Shown: one piece after another, positions 29,250 to 37,794 of the stretch | How positions within the stretch are numbered: the first letter of the stretch is position 1 | Layout of the letters: every line of letters begins with the position of its first letter | Assembly: GCA_036937365.1 (NCBI GenBank) | Contig: JAXOVD010000001.1 | Span: 1-45,514 of the forward strand | Source of the DNA: Alphaproteobacteria bacterium | GTDB taxonomy: Bacteria; Pseudomonadota; Alphaproteobacteria; HIMB59 | Reading direction: 5' to 3' | Length of the DNA stretch: 45,514 bases | Notes under the pieces: model-generated | What the model was told of the DNA's origin: nothing | The model's input: the letters and a program-made list of their open reading frames with translations, nothing else | Database searches by the model: none | Position numbers and translations under genes: made by a program

Positions 29250-30153
29250 TCAAAATTTTATTAATTTTATTTTCAACTTCATTATATGAGACATCATTCA
29301 TTAAACAATTATTTAAAGTAAAGTTTTGAGTCTTGGAAATTAAATCTTCATACCTTTCAGAAGATCTAACTAAATGACAATGATCAAATATCTCTGGGAA
29401 ATAAATTTTATCATTAGTAGGTCCAAAGAGACCAATGGTTGGAACTTTGCTCAAAGCGGCCATATGCATCATAGCTGAGTCGTTTCCTATAAAAAGTCTT
29501 GATCTTTGTAACAGTCCATAATCATTTAAAATATGCTGCTTACCACAACGATTAATTACTTTATTACCAAAATTTGATTGAAAAATTTCAAAACGATTAC
29601 TTTCAGTTTCACTGCCTAAGATATAGATTTTAGCTACGCCCTGATTGAATAGTTTTACACAAATTTTAACAAATAATTCTGTTGGCCATTCTTTTGGAGG
29701 CCAGTTAGCAAATGGAGCCAAACAAGCATAATTAGAGCTTGGAAAAATGTTTCTGACACGGTCAGTAATGATTTTAAAATCTCTATTTTTGTCAGTATCA
29801 AATTTCTCATGTATCTGTGAATAAATATTTTTTTTCTTATTCATTTTGAAAATATTTCTTTTTTTGGTTCTTAAGAAATATGAGATTATTGAAGACCTAA
29901 AATCAACTATTTCATCGAATTTAAATTGAGATAATTTTTTATAAAGCTTCCACCAATGAAGATTATATTTTTCTTTTTTTAAAATAATTCTATTTACAAT
30001 CATATTATAATCATCGTAAATTGGCAAAGGAAGCTCACCTGAGACAAGTGTGATTTCAATATCTTTTTTATTTTTTCGTATATACTTATTTAATACTTGT
30101 AAATTTATTAAAGAGTCACCAATTCTATTAGATGAGATAAAAAGTAAATGCAT
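29233..30153 (-). CDS. Glycosyltransferase family 9 (heptosyltransferase-like)
   Basis: SNRIGD, APFANW..KEWP, FIGNDS..MHMAA, PTIGLFGPT; start moved to ATG 30153. Confidence 0.9.
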   Translation of the reverse strand: MHLLFISSNRIGDSLINLQVLNKYIRKNKKDIEITLVSGELPLPIYDDYNMIVNRIILKKEKYNLHWWKLYKKLSQFKFDEIVDFRSSIISYFLRTKKRNIFKMNKKKNIYSQIHEKFDTDKNRDFKIITDRVRNIFPSSNYACLAPFANWPPKEWPTELFVKICVKLFNQGVAKIYILGSETESNRFEIFQSNFGNKVINRCGKQHILNDYGLLQRSRLFIGNDSAMMHMAALSKVPTIGLFGPTNDKIYFPEIFDHCHLVRSSERYEDLISKTQNFTLNNCLMNDVSYNEVENKINKILNDKNF

Positions 30154-30179
30154 TATAGTGAATATAAATAATACATTAG

Positions 30180-30800
30180 ATGAAAATTGAAACACTAAAT
30201 CCAATCAAAATTTTGATTTTTGGAGATGAAAGATTCGACTTTATTCAAAATATCATTACTAACGATTTATCAACTAAGACTAATAGTATTTATAGCTATA
30301 TTTTAACACCTCAAGGAAAAATATTATTTGAAATCCAAATTTTTTTATTGAAAGATTGTTTAGAAGTAATCTGCTCTAATGATCAAACAGATTTGCTCTT
30401 ATATTTTGAAAAATATGCAAAACTTTCTGAGGTGTCCCTTAAAAAAATTGAATTAGATAAATTTAATTTTGGAGAAAGTTACCTTTTTAAGTCTTTAAAA
30501 ATGGGGAAAATTGATACAAATTTCTTTCCTCATTCTACTTTACTTCCATCCGAAGTTCATGATGAATATATAAACTACCAAAAAGGATGCTTTATAGGAC
30601 AAGAGGTTGTGTCCCGCATTAAACATCGTCAACTACAAAAAAAAATTATTTTAGTATTCGAAAGAATAATTCCTAGAAATACAAAATTTCCTGATAATTT
30701 TGAGCTTTTAATTGAAATTAAAAATTTATTAGTTTTAAGATTACCCAAAGATGTTGATTTTTCTTATTTAGAAAAAGAATTTGACATAAAAAAAATTTAA
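30180..30800 (+). CDS. ygfZ: YgfZ/Iba57-like Fe-S maturation protein (compact)
   Basis: F.Q..ITND, LTPQGK, signature KGCFIGQEVVSR. Confidence 0.88.
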   Translation: MKIETLNPIKILIFGDERFDFIQNIITNDLSTKTNSIYSYILTPQGKILFEIQIFLLKDCLEVICSNDQTDLLLYFEKYAKLSEVSLKKIELDKFNFGESYLFKSLKMGKIDTNFFPHSTLLPSEVHDEYINYQKGCFIGQEVVSRIKHRQLQKKIILVFERIIPRNTKFPDNFELLIEIKNLLVLRLPKDVDFSYLEKEFDIKKI

Positions 30801-30802
30801 TC

Positions 30803-32152
30803 TTATTTAAAATAATTTAAATAGTAGTTAGAGATATTACTTAGATCTACTCTTTCTTGCTTCATAGTATCTCTATCTCTTACAGTCACTGATTGATTTT
30901 CTAGTGTTTCAAAATCAATAGTGATGCACATGGGAGTACCTATTTCATCATGTCGACGGTAATTTTTTCCAATATTACCGGAATTTTCAATCATTACCCT
31001 TCCTAAACCTAATGACTGTAGTTCAGCTTTAATTTTATTTGCCATATTTACTAAATCTGAATTATTTCTTTTAAGTGGTATAACTGCCGCTTTAATAGGC
31101 GATAAATGTGATTTTAATTTTAAAACAGTACGATTATTAGAATCTTCTTGTGTGTACGCTTCATTCAAAATAGCCAAAACACCTCTTTCAACTCCTGCTG
31201 AAGGTTCAATCACATAGGGGATATACCATTTTTTAGATTCGAGATCTTGTATTGCTAGCTTGGTAGTTGAGCTTTTATTAGAGGTAACTTTTGCATCAAT
31301 TTTATAATCTTCTTGGTTTTTAGTATGAGAACCCAAGTCAAAATCAGTTCTATTAGCTACACCTTCAAGTTCTTCTAAACCGTGAGGGAATTCATACATA
31401 ATATCAAATGTAGCTTTCGAATAATGAGACAAATCCCCCTTCTCAACCTCTAACAATTTTAATTTATCAGATTTGACACCTTGATCGGACCACCATTTTA
31501 ATCTCTGATCTACCCAATATTTGTGCCAGTCATCATCAGAACCTGGTTTTACAAAAAACTCCAATTCCATTTGCTCAAATTCTCTAACTCGGAATATAAA
31601 ATTTCTTGGGGTGATTTCATTTCTAAAAGATTTTCCAATTTGAGCTATTCCAAAAGGAGGCGTTCTGCTAGTTGAGTCAATAATATTTTTAAAATTTACG
31701 AAAATTTGTTGTGCTGTTTCGGGACGTAAATAAGCAAAAGAGCTACCGTCATCTACAGGTCCTATAGCTGTTTTAAACATTAGGTTAAAGGGTCTTGGTT
31801 CAGTTAAATCGTTTGAATTACAATTAGGACATTGATTACCTTCCAGTTGATCGGACCTCCATCTAGCTTTGCATTTCTTACAATCAACTAATGGATCTGA
31901 AAAAGTATCTTCATGACCAGAGTATTTAAGAACTGTAGGGGAAGTTAGAATAGTTGAGTCAAGACCCTCAATATCATCTCTTTCATATACAATAGACTTC
32001 CACCAGGAGTTTTTAAGATTCATTTTTAATTCAACACCCATGGGGCCAAAGTCATACAAACCCTTCATTCCTCCATAAATGTCATTAGATGGAAAAATAA
32101 AACCTCTTCTTTTACAAAGAGAGACCAAATCTTCCATATTTTTTGCAGTCAT
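30803..32152 (-). CDS. glyQS: Glycine-tRNA ligase, alpha2 homodimeric type
   Basis: [61 protein letters not shown] anticodon domain. Confidence 0.97.
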   Translation of the reverse strand: MTAKNMEDLVSLCKRRGFIFPSNDIYGGMKGLYDFGPMGVELKMNLKNSWWKSIVYERDDIEGLDSTILTSPTVLKYSGHEDTFSDPLVDCKKCKARWRSDQLEGNQCPNCNSNDLTEPRPFNLMFKTAIGPVDDGSSFAYLRPETAQQIFVNFKNIIDSTSRTPPFGIAQIGKSFRNEITPRNFIFRVREFEQMELEFFVKPGSDDDWHKYWVDQRLKWWSDQGVKSDKLKLLEVEKGDLSHYSKATFDIMYEFPHGLEELEGVANRTDFDLGSHTKNQEDYKIDAKVTSNKSSTTKLAIQDLESKKWYIPYVIEPSAGVERGVLAILNEAYTQEDSNNRTVLKLKSHLSPIKAAVIPLKRNNSDLVNMANKIKAELQSLGLGRVMIENSGNIGKNYRRHDEIGTPMCITIDFETLENQSVTVRDRDTMKQERVDLSNISNYYLNYFK

Positions 32153-32162
32153 GATCTAATAA

Positions 32163-32951
32163 TCAAAGTCCATATTTATTAAACATTAATTCTTCTTTTG
32201 CCTTAACTATTAGCTCCTCCGAAGAAAAAATTCCCAATCCAAGTTTTTGTTTAAGAGATTTGGGTTGTTTGATTTTTTTTATATTTACTTTTTCACCAAA
32301 TTTTTTTTTTAAAAAAGAACTTTCAGAAGAAATACCATCAATTAATCCTAATACTTTGGCCTCTTCTGATAGCCAGAAACTACCTGAAAAAATTTGCTTA
32401 AAATCTTTTTCTTTAATTTTTTTTCCTCTTCGAACGCTAACCCAATTAATAAAGTTTTGATGAATCTTTTTTTGTAAATCTTTTAGTTTAATTTCATCTT
32501 TTTTATTAACTTTTAAAAAAGGATCTAAGAAACTCTTACTTTCTCCTGCAGTGAATACTCTTCTTTCTACACCAATCTTTTTTATAAGCTCGGTAAAACC
32601 AAAACCCCCGGATATAACTCCGATTGATCCAATAATAGAATTAACATCTGAGTAAATTTCATCTGCAGAACATGCTAGCCAATATCCTCCCGATGCCGCA
32701 ACATCCTCAACAAAACAATAACACTTCACTTTTTTCTTTTCTACGATTTCTCTTATTTTTTGTCCAATAAGAGAAGATTGCACTGGGGACCCCCCAGGGG
32801 AATTGATAACGATAGAGAGTGCATCAAATTTCATTTTATTAATTTTGCTAAATAATCCATGAAGGTTATCTATGTTTAAGGGCGCTCTCCCACCGGAGGC
32901 AATCAATCCTTTTAAATCAATTGAAATTACATTTTTTGAACTTGAAAACAT
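32163..32951 (-). CDS. S49 family peptidase (SppA/SohB-like)
   Basis: INSPGGSPVQS, DVAASGGY, GSIGV, GLID. Confidence 0.93.
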   Translation of the reverse strand: MFSSSKNVISIDLKGLIASGGRAPLNIDNLHGLFSKINKMKFDALSIVINSPGGSPVQSSLIGQKIREIVEKKKVKCYCFVEDVAASGGYWLACSADEIYSDVNSIIGSIGVISGGFGFTELIKKIGVERRVFTAGESKSFLDPFLKVNKKDEIKLKDLQKKIHQNFINWVSVRRGKKIKEKDFKQIFSGSFWLSEEAKVLGLIDGISSESSFLKKKFGEKVNIKKIKQPKSLKQKLGLGIFSSEELIVKAKEELMFNKYGL

Positions 32952-33658
32952 TATTTAAACCAATCCTCTACTTGCTTTGAATATTTTGATGAATTTGAGT
33001 GAATAATAATTTCATTTTTAGTTTTTTCTACATATTTCTCATTTTTCTTCAACGATAAAAGAACATTTTTTGGTTTGGTGTCTTTAAATGATAAAATAGG
33101 AGTAATTTCAACTAATAGATTATAAAGTCTAAAAATTTGGAGCATAAACTCAACATTTTCAAAACGATTGATTATTAGAGCTCTTCCATTGTCATTCAAG
33201 TAAAGAATTAAATTTTGAAACCATTTTTCTGATTTTTCCTTTGAGATATATTTTGCATTATTTATTGATTCATTTTTAGATTTGATTATTTGATTTTCAA
33301 AGAAAAAAGGAGGATTGGAGAGAACTAAATCAAAGTAATTAACATATTTGTCATTAAATATACACACATCCTCATTTTTGAATTCGACATTATATAAATT
33401 ATTCTCCAATTTGCTCTTCAGAGATAATTCCAAGTGAAGTTTATTATTTTCTAGACCGATAATTTTAGAATTAGGAAGTCTATAAGCTAAAATTAAAGAA
33501 ATTGGACCACAACCAGATCCTAGATCTAAGATTGATTTATGTTCGTGATTAGCTTGAGCGGCTAAAATAATAGGTTCTATGCCGCTCCGATATCCATTTC
33601 GTGGCTGAAAATAAATGATTTTATTCTCTAGTAAATGATCTTTAGTGTATAAACTCAT
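32951..33658 (-). CDS. tRNA1(Val) m6A37 methyltransferase-like (TrmN6/YfiC family)
   Basis: QP..GYRSG, LDLGSGCG, DLVLSNPPF; divergent from ispB as in other Alphaproteobacteria. Confidence 0.8.
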   Translation of the reverse strand: MSLYTKDHLLENKIIYFQPRNGYRSGIEPIILAAQANHEHKSILDLGSGCGPISLILAYRLPNSKIIGLENNKLHLELSLKSKLENNLYNVEFKNEDVCIFNDKYVNYFDLVLSNPPFFFENQIIKSKNESINNAKYISKEKSEKWFQNLILYLNDNGRALIINRFENVEFMLQIFRLYNLLVEITPILSFKDTKPKNVLLSLKKNEKYVEKTKNEIIIHSNSSKYSKQVEDWFK

Positions 33659-33667
33659 GAAAGATGT
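33655..33667 (+). repeat. Direct repeat TCATGAAAGATGT, copy 1
   Basis: Identical 13-mer at 35444-35456; spans the methyltransferase/ispB divergent starts. Confidence 0.6.
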
Positions 33668-34662
33668 CCGAAATTACATTTAATAAAACTATACAGTCAA
33701 TCCACAAAGAGATACAAGGAAAGTTAAGGAAAACTAACACTATCATTGATAATTATTTAATGAGTGATATCTCAGTGATTCCTCAACTAGGGCAATATTT
33801 TTTCAAGCAAAGAGGAAAACAGCTTCGACCAGTATTATGCCTATTATCCAGTAAGATGATTAACAAAGACTATTCTCAATTAAAAACAGATATCTACATG
33901 TCAGCGGCGATAGAGTTTATTCATGCAGCCACCTTATTACATGATGATGTTATCGATAAAGGCACTATTAGAAGAGGTCAAAAAAGCATAAATGAAATTT
34001 GGAATAATAAATTTAGTGTCTTGCTTGGGGATTTTATGTTTTCAAAATCATTTCAATTAATGACAAAGGCAAATTCTTTAAAAGCAATGGAACACTTATC
34101 TGAAGTAAGTAGTAAAATTTCTGAAGGTGAATTTTTGCAATTATCAAATGAAAAAAATATAAATTTAAAATCCATTGAATATGTTAAAATTATTTCCTTA
34201 AAAACTGCAGAGCTTTTTGGAGCAGCATTCATGGTTCCAGCTATTCTTAAAGGAAAGAAATCTCAAACAGTTAATAACCTTTATAAATTAGGAATAAATT
34301 TTGGAATAATTTTTCAAATTACTGATGATATATTGGATTACTTTGGAAATAGACAAACTGGTAAAGAAATTGGAAAAGATTTTATAGAAGGAAAAGTGAC
34401 GCTCCCCATAATTCTTTTAATCGAAAAAGTATCAAAAAATAACCAATTAAAGTTAAAAAAGATATTTATGAAAAAAACCAGAAACCAAAAAGATTTTATT
34501 TTTACTATGAATTTGTTAGAAAGATTTGAAATAAAAAAATATTGTCTTAATTATACTAAAAAATTCCAAAAAAAATCAGAGATTATTTTAAATATCTTTA
34601 ACAACAAACAATCAAAACTTCTTGAAGAATTAATGATTAACTCTATTGAAAGACAAAATTAA
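33664..34662 (+). CDS. ispB: Long-chain polyprenyl diphosphate synthase
   Basis: GKQLRP, EFIHAATLLHDDVID...RRG, VLLGDF, KTA.LF, FQITDDILDY, GKD..EGKVTLP. Confidence 0.93.
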   Translation: MSEITFNKTIQSIHKEIQGKLRKTNTIIDNYLMSDISVIPQLGQYFFKQRGKQLRPVLCLLSSKMINKDYSQLKTDIYMSAAIEFIHAATLLHDDVIDKGTIRRGQKSINEIWNNKFSVLLGDFMFSKSFQLMTKANSLKAMEHLSEVSSKISEGEFLQLSNEKNINLKSIEYVKIISLKTAELFGAAFMVPAILKGKKSQTVNNLYKLGINFGIIFQITDDILDYFGNRQTGKEIGKDFIEGKVTLPIILLIEKVSKNNQLKLKKIFMKKTRNQKDFIFTMNLLERFEIKKYCLNYTKKFQKKSEIILNIFNNKQSKLLEELMINSIERQN

Positions 34663-35447
34663 TCATATCTAAATTTTTTATTTGGAAATTTAAGACTATT
34701 TACTTCTTTGCTATAATTTCTAATCGCATTTTGAATATTTGAAGATAGTTTTGCATATTTTTTTACAAACTTTGGATGGTATTCAGTAAACATTCCTAGC
34801 ATATCTTCTGACACCAATATCTGGCCATCACAATACTCTGACGCACCGATACCAATTGTTGGTATTTTTGATGATAAAGTTATTTGTTTGGCAATTTTAG
34901 TAAGCATACCCTCTAATAGCAAAGATACAGCACCTGCCTTTTCTAAAATCATACAATCATTTAAAATATTTTCTAAATCCTCTTCTTTTCGACCAAATAT
35001 TTTAAATTTTTTAGCAGAAGAAAATTTTTGGGGTTGAAGACCAACATGAGCCATAACTGGAATTTTTATTTTTTTTAAATATTTAATAACATCTGCCAAT
35101 TCAGAATTACCTTCTATTTTTACCCCATCGCATTTTGTCTGGTTAAAGATTTTTTTTGATCGTTTGATAATATTTTCTTCAGAAAAATTTTTTGAATAAG
35201 GAAGATCAAAAAATACTAAAGAATTTTTGGAAGCTTTTTTTACAGCAGAAGCATGTCTAATCATAATTTCATCAGTAATTTCTCTTGTATTATCCATACC
35301 ATAAAGAACCATTCCCATAGAGTCGCCAACAAGTATTACATCAACCAATCCATCAATAATTTTTGTAAAATTATAACTGTAAGAAGTTAAACAAATAATT
35401 TTCTTTTTGTTTTTTTTGTTAAATACTGATTTAATCTTTTTCTTCAT
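34659..35447 (-). CDS. panB: 3-methyl-2-oxobutanoate hydroxymethyltransferase
   Basis: ILVGDSMGMV, DLPY, VKIEG, HVGL.PQ, PTIGIGA, DGQILV..D.LG, PKFVK; start moved to ATG 35447. Confidence 0.95.
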   Translation of the reverse strand: MKKKIKSVFNKKNKKKIICLTSYSYNFTKIIDGLVDVILVGDSMGMVLYGMDNTREITDEIMIRHASAVKKASKNSLVFFDLPYSKNFSEENIIKRSKKIFNQTKCDGVKIEGNSELADVIKYLKKIKIPVMAHVGLQPQKFSSAKKFKIFGRKEEDLENILNDCMILEKAGAVSLLLEGMLTKIAKQITLSSKIPTIGIGASEYCDGQILVSEDMLGMFTEYHPKFVKKYAKLSSNIQNAIRNYSKEVNSLKFPNKKFRYD

Positions 35448-35456
35448 GAAAGATGT
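35444..35456 (+). repeat. Direct repeat TCATGAAAGATGT, copy 2
   Basis: Identical 13-mer at 33655-33667; spans the panB/apt divergent starts. Confidence 0.6.
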
Positions 35457-35964
35457 GCCTAAAAGTATCAGAATTATAAAAGACTTTCCCAAAAAAGGTA
35501 TAGCTTTTTATGATATTGCATCAATTCTAGCTGACCCAAAAGAATTTAATAACATTATTAATAAAATGGCAATTGAAGTAAGAAAATTAAAGGCAAATAC
35601 AATTGTAGGTATTGATTCACGGGGATTTATATTTGCTGCTGCTGTTGCTTATAAACTAAAACTTAAATTAGTGATGATTAGAAAAAAGGGCAAACTTCCT
35701 GGAAAAACATTATGCACCGCTTATAAACTTGAATATGGAAGAAACCAATTAGAAATACAAAAAGATATGCTTAATAAAAAAGATAAAGTAGTAATTATAG
35801 ATGATATTTTTGCAACTAGTGGGACTATCCTAGCTTCAATAAAACTTGTAAATAAAATTAAAGCAAAAACTCAAGGGGTTATTGTTTTGCTTGAACTGGC
35901 CTTTCTTAATGGGAGGTCTAAAATGAAAGATAAGTTAGTTAGTCTTTATAGGGCTAATATTTAG
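35446..35964 (+). CDS. apt: Adenine phosphoribosyltransferase
   Basis: IR...DFPKKGI.F.DI, DSRGF, RKKGKLP, Y.LEYG, VIIDDIFATSGT; start moved to ATG 35446. Confidence 0.95.
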   Translation: MKDVPKSIRIIKDFPKKGIAFYDIASILADPKEFNNIINKMAIEVRKLKANTIVGIDSRGFIFAAAVAYKLKLKLVMIRKKGKLPGKTLCTAYKLEYGRNQLEIQKDMLNKKDKVVIIDDIFATSGTILASIKLVNKIKAKTQGVIVLLELAFLNGRSKMKDKLVSLYRANI

Positions 35965-36343
35965 AATATTCTTTCTCTTCTATTACAGTCGAGTCAGTTA
36001 AAAGATTAATTTCTTTTTTTATTTGAGCGCGAATATCATTCTTAAAATGTACATCTCGAGATAATTGAATAAATTTTTCTCCAAAATCTTTATTAGCCTC
36101 ACATTCTCTTTTATAGTTTTCGATATCCCACAACTCTTCGTTAATTAATTGGAGTTTTTCTATATTACGGTTCAATGATTCTTGATCCTTGACATTAATA
36201 TTTGAAGTTTGATGATTGAGAAGATTTAGTTCTTTTTCAATATTTAGAAGCTTTTCTGAGTCATGAATTTTTTGAGTTTTTATATTTAATATTGTAATTT
36301 TATCAAACAACTCACCTACTGAAATTTCAGCTAAAATTTTCAC
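35954..36343 (-). CDS. DUF6165-like protein
   Basis: GTG start; ISVGELFDKITIL.IK, N..LWDIE...R..E...DF...FI.L.R.V...ND.R...K..IN...S...EEK.Y. Confidence 0.8.
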   Translation of the reverse strand: MKILAEISVGELFDKITILNIKTQKIHDSEKLLNIEKELNLLNHQTSNINVKDQESLNRNIEKLQLINEELWDIENYKRECEANKDFGEKFIQLSRDVHFKNDIRAQIKKEINLLTDSTVIEEKEYSKY

Positions 36344-36694
36344 TTAATTATTTCTTCCATATATGTCTGAATATCTTTTTATATCGCTTTCTAAAAACTT
36401 AGATCCCGTCTGAACTTCAATAATTACTAGTTTTTTTTTGGCGCTTTCATTTAACACCCTATGTTTTGCTTTTTTGGGTATAAATATATTTTCATTTTCA
36501 GATTTATAGTAGGTTCTATTATTTATAATTACTGTCGCTTTACCTTCTATTATTATCCAATGTTCTGAACGATAGTTATGTGATTGATATGAAAGCACCC
36601 CTTCTGGAAGGACGGTAATCTTTTTTAAAAGAAAATCTTTTGACTTAGCTAAAACTGTGTAAGAGCCCCATGGTCTTTTAACTAGTTTACTCAT
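36344..36694 (-). CDS. Stand-alone phosphomannose isomerase type II C-terminal cupin
   Basis: RPWGSY, LSYQSH..RSEHW, HR..N, IEVQTG...E.DI.R..D.YGR. Confidence 0.9.
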   Translation of the reverse strand: MSKLVKRPWGSYTVLAKSKDFLLKKITVLPEGVLSYQSHNYRSEHWIIIEGKATVIINNRTYYKSENENIFIPKKAKHRVLNESAKKKLVIIEVQTGSKFLESDIKRYSDIYGRNN

Positions 36695-37794
36695 GAAAAC
36701 ATTCGCTTCTTTTCTTCAACTGACATCAAGTTCATTAATAATGCACAAATAATCATATTACTCAAGAGTGAACTACCTCCATAAGACATAAAAGGCAAAG
36801 CTACTCCAACAACCGGGACTAAGCCTATAGTCATTGAAATATTGATCAAGAATTCTAAAAATATTTTAAAAGATAAGACAAATAGAATAATTTTGTTAAA
36901 TATCTGAGTTAATTTAAATGTTTTGTAAACAGGTATTAAAAAAAAAATTAAAAAAATTGATATTAAAAGCAATGATCCTGAAAAACCAAATTGTTCAGAG
37001 AAGATTGCAAAAACAAAATCTGTTTCTTTTTCAGGAAGAAAATCCAAGCTACTTTGAGATCCTTTAAGAAAACCATTTCCATTTAAACCCCCAGATCCAA
37101 TGGCTATTTTTGATTGAATAATATGATAACCTTGACCCAAAGGATCCAAATCTGGATTTAAAAAAATCATAACTCTATTTTGTTGATAAGGTTTTAGTAA
37201 AGTCCATAAAAATGGGCTCGCTAAAGCAATCGCCATTAAAGAAAGTAAAGGATATATCAATTTTATACCTGCATAAAAGATTGCTACTAGGCCAAGTATG
37301 AGAATGATTAAGGCAGTTCCAAGATCGGGCTGTACCGCGACCATAAAAAATAGAGCAAGAGAAACAAATAAAGGAATTATGGAGCTTATTATCCCAATTG
37401 TTTTTTGGGCATTTAACTTGTGGAAATATTTAGCCATAAAAACAATCAAAGCGATTTTAGCAAATTCAGATACTTGTAAATTGAATCCACCTACTCTAAT
37501 CCATCTTTTTGCACCCATTCCTGTGTAGCCAAATAAGAGAGTTATTAAAAGTCCCAAAATAACAGCCAGAAGAAACAATTCCGCAATATTAAAAATAAAT
37601 TTTGGTCGGAGTAGTAAAATAAAAACCACAATCGGAAGAAATAAGATAAATTTTTTTAATTGACTGAGAGCCCAAGGGTCAAGATTACCTCCAGCCGCAG
37701 AATAGAGATTAATTTCACCAACCCAAAAAATTACTAATAAAAGAAAAAAGTAAATCCAATTTACATCAAGTAATGATTTGAAATCTTTAAACAT
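36691..37794 (-). CDS. rodA: Rod shape-determining SEDS protein RodA
   Basis: GAKRWI, Q.SEFAK, QPDLGT, YQ..R, GYHIIQSKIAIGSGG, PE..TDFVF, SYGGSS; start placed at ATG 37794. Confidence 0.96.
   Translation of the reverse strand: MFKDFKSLLDVNWIYFFLLLVIFWVGEINLYSAAGGNLDPWALSQLKKFILFLPIVVFILLLRPKFIFNIAELFLLAVILGLLITLLFGYTGMGAKRWIRVGGFNLQVSEFAKIALIVFMAKYFHKLNAQKTIGIISSIIPLFVSLALFFMVAVQPDLGTALIILILGLVAIFYAGIKLIYPLLSLMAIALASPFLWTLLKPYQQNRVMIFLNPDLDPLGQGYHIIQSKIAIGSGGLNGNGFLKGSQSSLDFLPEKETDFVFAIFSEQFGFSGSLLLISIFLIFFLIPVYKTFKLTQIFNKIILFVLSFKIFLEFLINISMTIGLVPVVGVALPFMSYGGSSLLSNMIICALLMNLMSVEEKKRMFS

Noticed and set aside
32301-32316. T10/A6 homopolymer run (similar runs near 2407 and 22232) as phase-variation tracts
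   Set aside because: They encode Lys-rich stretches in intact frames and are expected at this AT content.
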